Of a stretch of DNA of 64,000 bases, positions 1 through 11,712 are shown piece by piece (positions within the stretch are counted from its first letter, which is position 1; each line of letters opens with the position of its first letter). The notes under the pieces are model-generated. The model worked only from the letters and a program-made list of their open reading frames with translations, ran no database searches and was not told the DNA's origin. The stretch lies in assembly GCF_036321535.1 (NCBI RefSeq), contig NC_087437.1, positions 9,612,001 through 9,676,000 on the forward strand, given 5' to 3'. The position numbers and the translations under genes are program-made. The stretch comes from Camelus dromedarius (taxonomy: Eukaryota).

Positions 1-280
1 TCAACTGTATTGAATTTCTCACTATTATGTGGATTTCAAAAAAGTATTTATCATTACACTTATGTTTAGAAATAAAAACACAAAGGACGTTGGTCCTTTA
101 TTATGTTCTTTTGTCTTGAAATTGAAGGGAAATTTTTCCCCATAAGTGTTCTCACAGTTTGATATTAATGAGTAAACAAGTAGTGTTTTCCTTTTGATGA
201 AGAATAAAATATGCATCCTGATTTTCATTGTTTTATACATATTCTCAAAGTTCTTATCATCCCAACATTCTCTTAATATA

Positions 281-535
281 TATTCAATATAAACTGTATA
301 AACTATAAACTATATATATACATAACTATGTATATATATATAATTTAATATAGTTATATAGTTTTATATATGTATATATTTTATATGGTTATATATTTAT
401 ATATAAGTATATAAAACTTATATATAGTTTACAAACTACCTACATAATTTATATTTAACATAAATATTTATATAGTTTATATGTAACATAAATAAAACGA
501 TATTATAGTTTTTATATAAAACTATAAACAGCTTA
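281..535. repeat. Degenerate (TA)n-rich low-complexity tract
   Basis: Almost entirely A/T with recurrent TATA/TAAAC units. Confidence 0.8.
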
Positions 536-561
536 AAGTAGTCCCTATAAAACTAGCATAT

Positions 562-3500
562 CTTTTTCTTTTTTTAACATTTTTTATAGATTTATAATCA
601 TTTTACAATGTTGTATCAAATTTCAGTGTAGAGCACAATTTTTCAGTTATACATGAACATACATATATTCATTGTCACATTCCTGTGACAATGTCCTCTC
701 TGTGAGCTACCATAAGATCTTGTGTATGTTTCCCTGTGCTATACAGTATAATCTTGTTTATCTATTCTACAATTTTGAAATCCCATCTATCCCTTCCCAC
801 CCTCCACCCCCTTGGCAACCACAAGTTTGTATTCTATGTCTATGAGTCTGTTTCTGTTTTGTATTTATGCTTTTTTTTTTTTTTTTTTTTTTTTAGATTC
901 TACATATGAGCAATCTCATGTGGTATTTTTCTTTCTCTTTCTGGCTTACTTCACTTAGAATTACATTCTCCAGGAGCATCCATGTTGCTGCAAATGGCGT
1001 TATGTTGTTGGTTTTTATGGCTGAGTAGTATTCCATTGTATAAATATACCACTTCTTCTTTATCCAGTTATCCATTGATGGACATTTAGGCTGTCTCCAT
1101 GTCTTGGCTATTGTAAATAGTGCTGCTATGAACATTGGGGTGCAGGTATCATCCTGAAGCAGGGTTCCTTCTGGATATAAGCCCAGGAGCGGGATTCCTG
1201 GGTCACATGGTAAGTCTATTCCTAGTCTCTTGAGGAATCTCCATACTGTTTTCCACAGTGGCTGCACCAAACTGCATTCCCACCAGCAGTGTAGGAGGGT
1301 TCCCCTTTCTCCACAGCCTCTCCAGCATTTATCATTTGTGGATTTTTGAATGATGGCCATTCTGACTGGTGTGAGGTGATACCTCATTGTAGTTTGGATT
1401 TGCATTTCTCTGATAATTAGTGATATTGAGCATTTTTTCATGTGCCTTTTGATCATTTGTATGTCTTCCTTGGAGAATTGCTTGTTTAGGTCTTCTGACC
1501 ATTTTTGCATTGCGTTGTATGTTTTTTTTCTTATTAAGTCGTATGAGCTGCTTATATATTCTGGAGATCTAGACTTTGTCAGTTCCATTTGCAAAAATTT
1601 TTTCCCATTCTGTAGGTTGTCTTTTTGTTTTACTAATGGTTTCCTTTGCTGTGCAGAAGCCTGTAAGTTTCATTAGGTCCCATTTGTTTATTCTTGCTTT
1701 TATTTCTATTGCTTGAGTAGACCATTCTAGGAGAACATTCTTGAGATGTATGTCAGATCATGTTTTGCCTATATTTTCTTCAAGGAGGTTTATTGTATCT
1801 TGTCTTATGTTTAAGTCTTTGATCCATTTTGAGTTTATTTTTGTGTATGGTGTAAGGGAGTGTTCTAGCTTCATTGCTTTACATGCTGCTGTCCAGTTTT
1901 CCCAACACCATTTGCTGAAGAGACTGTCTTTATTCCATTGTATATTCTATATTCTTGCCTCCTTTGTCGAAGATGAGTTGACCAAAAGTTTGTGGGTTCA
2001 TTTCTGGGCTCTCTATTCTGTTCCATTGGTCTATATGTCTGTTTTTGTACCAATACCATGCTGTCTTGATGACTGTAGCTCTATAGTATTGTCTGAAGTC
2101 TGGGAGAGTTATTCCTCCAGCCTCTTTCTTTCTCTTCAGTAATGCTTTGGCAATTCTAGGTCTTTGATGGTTCCATATAAATTTTTATTATGATTTGTCC
2201 TAGTTCTGTGAAATATGTCCTGGGTAATTTGATAAGGATTGCATTAAATCTGTAGATTGCCTTGGGCAGTGTGACCATTTTAACAATATTGATTCTTCCA
2301 ATCCAAGAGCATGGGATATCTTTCCATTTTTTAAAGTCTTCTTTAATTTCCTTCATCAATGGTTTATAGTTTTCTGTGTATAATTCTTTCACCTCCTTGG
2401 TTAGATTTATTCCTAGGTATTTTATTACTTCGGGTGCTATTTTAAAGGGGATTGTTTCTTTCTTTTCTTTTTCTGTTGATTCATCATTAGTGTAAAGAAA
2501 TGCAACTGATTTTTGAACGTTAATCTTGTAACCTGCTACCTTGCTGAATTCTTCGATCAGCTCTAGTACTTTTTGTGTGGACCTTTTAGGGTTTTCTATA
2601 TATATATATATAGTAACATGTTGTCAGCATATAGTGACACCTTTGCCTCTTCTTTTACAATTTGGATCCCTTTTATTTCTCTCTCTTGCCTGATTGCTGT
2701 GGCTAGGACTTCCAGGACTATGTTGAATAGGAATGGTGATAGTGGGTATCCTTGTCTTGTCCCAGATTTTAGTGGGAAGCTTTTGTGTTTTTCACCGTTG
2801 AGTAGTATGCTGGCTGTAGGTTTGTCATATATAGCTTTTATTATGTTGGGATATGTTTCCTCTATACCCACTTTGGTGAGAGTTTTTATCATAAATGGGT
2901 GTTGAATTTTATCAAATGCTTTTTCTGCATCTATTGAGATGATCATGTGGTTTTTGTCCTTTCTCTTGTTGATGTGATGTATTACATTGATTGATTTGCA
3001 TATGTTGAACCACCCTTGTGTTCCTGGGATGAACCCCACTTGATCATGATGCATAATCTTTTTTTATGTGTTGTTGCATTCTATTTGCTAATATTTTGGT
3101 GAGGATTTTGGCTTATTATGTTCATCTGTGATATTGGTCTATAATTCTCTTTTTTGGCAGTGTCTTTGCCTGGTTTTGGTGTCAGGGTGATGGTGGCTTC
3201 ATAGAATGAGTTTGGGAGTATTCCCTCCTTTTCAATCTTCTGGAAGAGTTTGAGAAGGAATGGTATGAGTTCTTCTTTGTATGTTTGGTGTAATTCCCCA
3301 GTGAAGGCGTCTGGTCCTGGACTTCTATTTGTAGGGAGGTTTTTATTGCTATTTCTATTTCATTTCTAGTGATTGGTTTGTTCAAGTAATCAGTTTCTTC
3401 TTGATTCAGTCTTGGTGGACAGTATGTTTCCAGAAACTTGTCCATCTCCTCTAGGTTATCCAGTTTGGTTCCATATAGTTTTTCATAATATTCTCATATG

Positions 3501-3597
3501 ATATTCTGTATTTCTATTTTATTTGTTGTAATTTCTCCATTTTCCTTTCTTATTTTGCTAATTAGTGCTCTCTCTTTTTTCTTCTTTGTGAGTTTGG
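562..3597 (-). mobile_element. 5'-truncated LINE-1 (ORF2 RT to C-terminus plus 3'UTR), frameshifted
   Basis: Minus-strand ORF fragments carry L1 ORF2 motifs ([79 protein letters not shown]). Poly-T tail at about 563. TSD AAAAC(T/A)AGCATAT at 549-561 and 3598-3610. Confidence 0.97.
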
Positions 3598-3651
3598 AAA
3601 ACAAGCATATTTTTCAATCATCAAAGTCTCAAGTAAAAAAAAAGTATAAAT

Positions 3652-3866
3652 AATATTTTCAAAAATATCTCTCCTCCTTGCAACAAGTGTCCAAACTTTT
3701 CCATATGCCAGACATGTAATTTACAAAAATATTAACACAATGCCAAATCCCCAAGTTAAAAAATAGGATAAATATTTTCAAAAAATATCTCTCCTTGCAA
3801 GTGTCCAAATTTTTCCATATGCCAGACATGTAATTTACAAAAATATTAACACAGTGCCAGATCCTC
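3652..3866. repeat. Two-copy direct repeat, period 119 bp
   Basis: AATATTTTCAAAAATATCTCTCC...TTCCATATGCCAGACATGTAATTTACAAAAATATTAACACA begins at 3652 and again at 3771. Confidence 0.95.
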
Positions 3867-4563
3867 ATAAAAAGGGAAGGTCCAAGTTGTTCTTAGTTGC
3901 TTCAAGGAATACTCAATGCAACAAAACCCCAATGCATAGAATATTATGGACAGCTTCATTTTTTTAATGTGATTTTCTTTCTCCACAGACCAGCTTTAAA
4001 TGCACTCATTTAAGTTAAAAAATACCCTGCCTTTTAAGTAGAATGTGAATTTATAGCTGGCAAGGGATCCCTCCCAATCGGGCCAAGTTCTGAGTAACAA
4101 ACACCAGGAATGTTTTTGTGCACTGACACTGGTGAGCTTGGCAGATGAGACTGCCTTGGGCGGACTGTCTCATACCATCCAAGTGTATCAGATCCAAGCC
4201 TGAATGAACCTCTCACGGGGATGTGTGGACTGCAAGTGTGAGGAGGGCAGTGCCTGGGGAAGGAAAGCAGGCAGGATGTTTCTGGTCACTGATTGCCCCC
4301 TCACCGCCCACACAAGAATTAGTCCTTTGTCAGACAATCATTTATCATATGCTGTCCCAGATGATTAAGTCATTTGTACCTACTCTCTCCTACCTCACAA
4401 TAAACTTTTGTTTACATCTATAAGCACATCTATAATTTGGCCATGTTCTTCCCCTCCAACTGGGACAGACATCTGCCGTGTCAGTCACACTTCCTGTCCA
4501 TCACCCACAGCACACACTGAACTCCTTTATTCCTCACTGTGCTGTAAGTGCACTTTGCCTTAA

Positions 4564-4633
4564 CACTCATTTCCATCCCAATACCCGAATCTGAAATGCA
4601 CTCATTTCCATCCCAATACCCGAATCTGAAATG
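4564..4633. repeat. Perfect 35 bp tandem duplication
   Basis: CACTCATTTCCATCCCAATACCCGAATCTGAAATG occurs twice (4564-4598, 4599-4633). Confidence 0.97.
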
Positions 4634-5149
4634 TCCCTCTTTCTACCTGTATTCTGCACAAAGTCCTTCATCCCCTCAAACCAAGATCAGAGTTGGGAGA
4701 TCTGCTTAAGTAAAGCATGGTCTGGTTCAGATGACATTGAGTAAGCTCCTCTGACAAAAGGAAGAGTCCACATAGGCATGATGGATGGACAGCTGGAAAA
4801 TGGCCCTAAGTAAGAGAAAGGCCAGCCCTTCTGGACTAGAGTGGTAGGAAATGTTGGAGCTAGAAGAATTCTCTCTGTGCCTGCATCACATCTTTCCAAT
4901 TCATTCCTTTCTTCTTTTCCTCCCTGAGCCCTTCTCTTTCAGGTCTTTGGAAAATCTCTCTCTGCTTTAAAAAAAAAATTTTTTTTTTTTAAGTTTCTGA
5001 CCAACCATGAGCTGTGACATTGTTTGCCACTATTTTTCTCTCCTCCCTCCACTTCCTTTTCTTTGTCAACATGTGAAAGAAAAATGTTTAGAGTGCAATA
5101 TATTATCAGATAATGTGATGTAGCAAACAGGTGTTCACAAGATTTGAAA

Positions 5150-5320
5150 GCAGCCAGGGCTGAATTTGACTTCAGTTCAACTGCTTAGAGGCAAGCTGCT
5201 TCCTCTCTCTGTATCTCGCATTCTTAATCTACAAAATATGGGAAATATTAACTACTTGACAAGTTTGATGCAAAAATTGGACATGATGTATGCAAAGCAA
5301 CATTTTGTACAATATAAGAA
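5150..5320 (+). mobile_element. MIR SINE fragment
   Basis: Degenerate MIR core (GGCAAG...CTCTCTGTATCTCG...ATCTACAAAATATGGG); recalled consensus. Confidence 0.55.
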
Positions 5321-5474
5321 ATACAATATTAATTCTGGGTATCATCAGTTTGTTCAAGATCCATGTCAGAAAGGCTTATAATTCATGCAGGAAGCCCCCT
5401 GTTCTTATTGTAGTAAAGCAAAACAAACAAGCAAACAAACAAAAAGCAAAACAAAACAGAACATAGTCTACGTG

Positions 5475-5640
5475 CAGTCAAGGAACTTACATTCTAGTTA
5501 GGGAGACAGAGAACAATCAGATTATAAATTTGTAAGATAATTTAAGCCATAGTTAAGTGCTTCAAGGAGCAACAATAAGCAAATTAAGAGGACAGGAGTG
5601 GGGTCAGGGGTGTGAATAGTTCAGACAAGGGGGCCAGGGA
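5475..5640 (-). mobile_element. L2 LINE fragment
   Basis: AGGAACTTACATTCTAGTTAGGGAGACAGA resembles the antisense L2 3' region. Confidence 0.55.
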
Positions 5641-5699
5641 CGTCCCATATACGTAGTTTTTTTTAGGATTATTATGGTTATTTTTCGTGATTATAAAGT

Positions 5700-5843
5700 G
5701 CATTTCCTTATCCATGATAATGTACTCTTTTCTAAAACCTCATTTTTTTCAGGTATTAATATAGTCACTACAGGATTTTTTTTTAAATTAGTGTTAGCAT
5801 GGTATATCATTTTCTATCCTTTTACTTTTATCTTATTTAGGTC
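5700..5843 (-). mobile_element. Ancient L1M fragment
   Basis: ATTAATATAGTCACTACAG...TTAGTGTTAGCATGGTATATC resembles the antisense start of L1 ORF2. Confidence 0.55.
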
Positions 5844-5930
5844 TTTTTAAATTGAAGTACAATCAGTTACAATGTGTCAATTTCTGGTGTGCAGCACAAT
5901 GTCCCAGTCATGTGGGTACATACGTATATC
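5844..5930 (-). mobile_element. Short L1 3' tail
   Basis: TTTTAAATTGAAGTACAATCAGTTACAATGTGTCAATTTCTGGTGTGCAGCAC matches the L1 3' ends at 39190 and 58200. Confidence 0.85.
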
Positions 5931-6665
5931 CTTCAGCATAGTGCTCTTGGCTCAATTCCCTTGTGTTACCAGTGACTTTGTTTTTATTGAAGTGTAGTCA
6001 TAGTCGACTTACAATGTTGTGTTAGTTTCTGGTGTACAGCATAGTGATTCATATATATATGTAATATATATATGTTATATATATATTATATATATTCCTT
6101 TTCATATTCTTTTTCATTAAAGGTTATTACAAGATATTGAACATAGTTCTCTGGGCTATACAGAAGAAATTTTTTTTAAATCTACTTTTATATTTAGTGA
6201 CTAACATATAGATTTGTTCTTAATGAAGAAAATATCACATGTAAGGATATGCTACATAAAAATATTGGCCAACAAAGTGATGATTCAGAAGTAGTTTCTA
6301 TATAGTTGAATACTCCAAAAATGTTATCAACTTTACAAGAATTTACTTCAGATAGAGATGCATCACAGAGTATCTGTCCAAGTACTGATAATCAGGATGT
6401 TATCCATGGCTGAAAGATGAAGAATATTATATCGAAAGTGTTTGAAACAAACAACTAACTGATAATGATCAATGAGAAACAAAGAAGAAAAATTGTTTTT
6501 GAAAGCGTGACTTCCACCAGTGAAAAATTATGATATGTTTCCTTTTAAGTACCAACTTTGTGTTGCTTCAAGAACAAACTATTAAAAAAATGACCTGGGT
6601 ACTGTCTCTATTGTGTGGTGATTCAAAGAAAAGCTTCAAGAAACAAAATACCTGGGTTCTCAAGC
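5931..6665 (+). pseudogene. Possible decayed coding segment interrupted by L1, unidentified
   Basis: Removing the L1 and one TSD gives FPCVTSDFVLNEENITCKDMLHKNIGQQSDDSEVVSI*LNTPKMLSTLQEFTSDRDASQSICPSTDNQDVIHG*. Composition is protein-like with few stops; no homologue recognised. Confidence 0.3.
5987..6210 (-). mobile_element. Short L1 3' tail with internal TA expansion
   Basis: Same 3' end as the other L1 copies in this window. Candidate TSD TTTGTT(T/C)TTA at 5977-5986 and 6213-6222. Confidence 0.88.
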
Positions 6666-9600
6666 TCTCTCTCTCTTTTTTTTTTTTAGCTGTGTGGTCT
6701 TGCTCATCTAACCTACATGTTGCCATTTTGATGATGCTAATTTTGTGGAAAGTTCATTTTTATGAAAAGACCAAAATACCCTGTGGCAAAAATGTGGTGT
6801 TTTTGGAAACAAAATAGTATTATATGCATGTATGAAGCTGAATCAAAAGCCAGCTATAATAAAATTTCCTGCTTAACTAGAGCAGGTAAAGAAAATAATT
6901 GTCTATAAAATGTACTGATTAGGCTAGATAATTTCTGTAGTCATTTCCAGTTTTACTTCCATGACTTTTAATTTGCTTTATGTATTATGGCCCACCTCAC
7001 TCTACAATTAATTTGAGGCAACAAAAATCTTTAAGCTCTGTGATTGGAAAGAATTATGAAATAAAATACATATTGTGCTTGTCCTTTTTCTTTTATAGAC
7101 TCCGGTGCTTTTACCAAGTGGCATAACCAGATACCATCAGGTTACATACAATTATCCTCTTTGATTTTGGGAAATTCTACTTGGCCACATTTTGTTTTTA
7201 ATAAAGAAAATGTATACAACATACACATATGGATGTGCATGTGTAGGTGACAGCTCAGGACATGACAAAACAGTAACACTGTAACTTGATGCGTTGGTAT
7301 TATTTCAAGCAACTGATAGTTTGTCAACAATTTTATGTGATACTTTAAAAAATTCTGATATACTAATAAATCCTCATTTTCAGAGAACTGATACCTACTT
7401 GGTACTCAAGCAGCCTGTATTTGAAATAAAATGATGCTTTTTTTTTTTTTTTTTGAGCTGTCAGAGAAGAATAAGCAAATAATTATTGTTTCAAGTGACT
7501 TTCCTAAAAGTGTGCGCTAGGGAAGGGCTCTTTAATATTCTGCTCCAGATTCAAATTTCTAGTGAGTCATCCTTCTGTCCTATAAAATATGATACAAACA
7601 GAATGCAAGGACTCATCCGCCAGCTAATGCATTGTTTAGAGACTTACTAACTTTGGATAAGAGCACATGGCCATGAGAACACAGGAAAATCTAAGCACTG
7701 CAGGAGCAACCACATAATTTGCTCCTTGATTTATTACATCTTTGGCAGGCAATGCTCCAAGCTTCCATGCATATATGGGCAATTGGGGCATCTGTGATGA
7801 AGTGCTGTTGACAGAAGTATGGCCCGTGGTAACACGATTGCTATAATAAGGAACCATGGTAAGTCGGACAGCTGTATCAATGGTTATTCTCTGCTTTGAT
7901 ATTTCAAAATGTCAACGCACCATCACAAACTGTCAGGGTTAAAAACGTTAAGAATGTGCAGAGAGGAAAGAACACTTCTATCCACAGCTGTTTAATCAAG
8001 TCATTGTTTGCGATGTCCCTAATCACAGGTACAGGATACACACGGTTCTGCTGCTTCTCTAAAAAATGAGGATTTCACCAAAAGCTGAATGTCAAGTTCA
8101 TCAGCCTTATTTTAAAGTCATCATTTATTTCACCTTGTAAGACGGGACAACTTAACCCTTCCAGGTTCTTACTGGAATCTTCCTGACAACATAAAATACT
8201 GATACCTGTCATAATACTTCAGGTAAAAATATATTTCTAATAATAAAAATTGGATCAGAAAAGCCATAAAAAGTCTTAACTTTAGGCTGAATTTAGTATT
8301 TTATTTCTGAAGATCTGAACACGAGGGAAGGATTAATTTAGTCCACCCATTCCACATTTTGGTTCTGTCTATCCTATACAGAAAAAAAAAAAAGATCTTA
8401 AAGAAATAAATAACTCTTCCTTATTTGATTCATCCTGTCTCACTAGCCCCTTTCTCTGTACTCCAACTTATCAGATATTGAACTTTAAAGTATTAAATGA
8501 CTTGTGCTGTAATGACTTCAAGTCAGCAAATGATGTATCTACTGACGAGTTATAACATATTCAGTGTATTTCATCAATCTTTTAGTTCAGAAATTAGTCC
8601 ACACGATAAACTGTGGAATAAATTCTGAAAGAGAGATGAAGGGCAATGTGTAACCGACAAATTACATAGCAATTAAAAAATTACTTTATAAGGAAAGTAT
8701 CTTCTTCCCAGATGTATATAATATATAAATACACTTGTAGGTTACTATACTGTGCTGTACCAAATATACATGTGTGTATTTTTCTCCACCAGAGTTAGAG
8801 ATTTTTACCAACCAGATATACTTTTTCTAGCAAAGGAGAAGGGAAAGACGGCACACGAACAGTAATTGAGTTCTGGCAGTTTAACTAAGTCCGAAAATAC
8901 CGATGCATTTTGTTGCGTATGGAAATACAATGAAATCATTAAACATTGTTACATCCCATGACAAGAACTATGATTGTACTGAAAATTCAATCAGGTTTCC
9001 TTGCCAGTCCAATAACGATAATTTTAGAATGTTCATACCAAAAACCCAGTGAACCATGGTATTGCATTCAACCAACGGAATGAAGCCGGAGAGAGACACG
9101 AAGTCTATGATTTAGAAAACACAAAAGAATATTTACTATTTCTTTGTTTTCAGCTGCTTTGGACTGAAGCTAAGTAAAAGACAGTTTTTCAAAACTGGAA
9201 TAAAAATTCGTATGTATAGCAGTCTGCTTTTTTAAAATAGTCTTAACACAGTAACTTACCCAACAGCATTGAACTTGCTGCTAATGAAAAGCGTGCAGGC
9301 TGTACAAATCTTCTTAAGTCTCCTGTGGCCAGAAAACTATTACAGAAATGAATAGAAGGAAATCTCTGGAGCTTTTCCCCTGCCTTCTTGTTTTATCAAA
9401 GGCTGTTAGGATCACACTGAGAACTGTCAAAGCTGAATAAACCACTGGCAATTGGGTTTATACCCTTTGGGCAGTCAGGCTCTCACAGGGGATGATTTGA
9501 CTTTGACCAAGCACCGATATATTAGAAACAATGTGCAACCTCCCAGAGACTGCAGCCTGGTTCCTAACTGTAGACAAAGAGGCACTTTGCTGCTGGTGCT

Positions 9601-11476
9601 GTGCGCGGGAGGGCTTGTCAGAGAGAGTTAATTCAAGCAGCCTAAAATTACATCAACCCCGGACATCCATGTACTGTTAATCTGCAGCTTTGCACATTGT
9701 ATTTTCAAAGCTGTTCAGCTGCAGGGTGGGAGAGCAACTAGCTTTACAGAATCATTAAAAAATGTGAGATTTCTTAACTCCCATCTTTGACAAGAAAATG
9801 CTCATTAAACTTTATGGGGTGAGGTGGGAGGGATGGCTTCCGGGCTATCTCTAGGAAATTCTTTAAAAGTCAAATTCAGATGATTATTTTATAATACCTT
9901 CTGAATACATTTACTTTTTTTTTTTTCAGAATAAATGAGTAAACTCCCTGGTAACTAGAATTGTAGAAATACAGACATATATGGAAGGTACTTTGGAGGT
10001 CAAGACCTCCATCTTCATTTCACAGATAAGTATATTTGAGTGGTTCACAGTGAGTTTTGGAAATCTCTTTTATACAGAAAACATTAAAAAGATATTCTAA
10101 ATATAAGTAATTAAAAAGTCTGTTTATTTTCAATTCTAAGCTGACTCTTCGAAAAGATACATAATAATGTTAAGATTTCTCAAACACTCAATGCATACAG
10201 TAACTGACTCTATATACAAACGTGCATATATGTATGGTCTCAAGTCTACAAAGAGAGAGAGAAGGGGAGAGATCTTCCTGTGCTAAGCAAGCACTGCCTG
10301 GGACAGGAAACCAGCCTCTGACTCAATAGAGTTGCTGAATGTATTTCTAGCTTCCAACGTTGTCTGGACTTCAGAAGCATTTTCGTGCTCAATGCGGACG
10401 TCCATGCCTGTTTGTGGTGAGATTCACTTAGTGGTTTATGTTTTCTTAGCTGTGTGATCTGTCAACTCATTTAAAAAATTTAATCTCAACTTCTACAGAC
10501 TAGAAATACCAATGTTTAGTTACAAGACTGTCAAGATTAAATTATTTTGCTCATGTCAAAGAATACGACATAAAGGAGGTTGAATAAATGTTGGCTTTCC
10601 TGGACTAAGACTTTTACATGATGGCAAAAACTCATCTTCAAAAACACATTTTCTACTTATAACAGAATGTGTGTCTGCTCAATGATCCCACGCCTAACTG
10701 ACATACCGTCGTAATCATACCCTAAACTAGAACGCTCATATCAACCTAGATGGACAAATTGCCAAACTTGGTGAAATAACTTAGAAGAGAAAATGCTTCA
10801 ATATGTGCACAGCTACATCAAGTTTATGACCTGGGACTATGTGTTCATTCCGGAAACATTAGTAACCATGCTTCATTTCCTCTTTAAGGAATTCCCATTA
10901 ATAAGGATAAATTCCACATCCTGCGTTCTGCTGCTCAATTTCATAGCTCTTTAAGAATTAAGAAATCAATTCACAGTAATATGAATTTAAGCTGAACCCG
11001 GTAATCATCTCTTAATTTTACTTCATGCAGTGTGTATATTCACATGGCAAATTAGCTGATTTAGCTGACCCTTGCTCAGCTCATGGATCAGTTCACCTAG
11101 TGTATTTATGTATTTCTCCAAAGTCATATACCGGTGAACCACAAAATTAGGATCTTTTCTTTTGAGGATGTGCTGGGGGCTTAATTTTCCAACTTTTCCC
11201 TTTAACTTAACCATTTCCATCCTTTATTTAAAATAAAACAATTAGAGAAAGAGAATAATGTATAATTGTTTTACATTATTTATAGACCCAACTATTTTTA
11301 TATCTATCTATTCAATGCTTTGCATTATGTACAAAGAAAACCAATACGTGAATTAGTCTAAACAGTCACCTATTAATTTCCAGGCATCTCAAAGTTGAAA
11401 CGGCATTTATTATAGTCTTTATATGTATAAAGATGCTGTTTTAAATTTTTCTTTATTTTCTCCTATACGTATTTTA

Positions 11477-11712
11477 TTTTATTTTTTTAACATTTTTATT
11501 GATTTATAATCATTTTACAATGTTGTGTCAAACTCCAGTGTAGAGCACAATTTTTCAGTTATACATGAACATATATATATTCATTGTCACATTCCTTTCT
11601 CTGTGAGCTACCATAAGATCTTGTATATATTTCCCTTTGCTATACAGTATAATCTTGTTTATCTATTCTACAATTTGGAATCCCAGTCTATCCGTTCCCA
11701 CCCCCGCCCCAT
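11477..11712 (-). mobile_element. Short L1 3' tail with TSD
   Basis: Highly similar to 570-810. TSD TC(C/T)TATA(C/T)GTATTTTA at 11461-11476 and 11713-11728, with a TTTT/AA endonuclease site. Confidence 0.93.

Noticed and set aside
893..1594. 233 aa ORF as a functional gene
   Set aside because: It is the C-terminal fragment of a truncated, frameshifted L1 ORF2.
1440..2905. Plus-strand ORFs of 78-133 aa
   Set aside because: They are antisense frames of L1 ORF2, as are the minus-strand ORFs at 45428-46004.
3652..4633. CRISPR-like or other prokaryotic repeat system
   Set aside because: Only two-copy duplications without unique spacers, no cas genes, and mammalian context.
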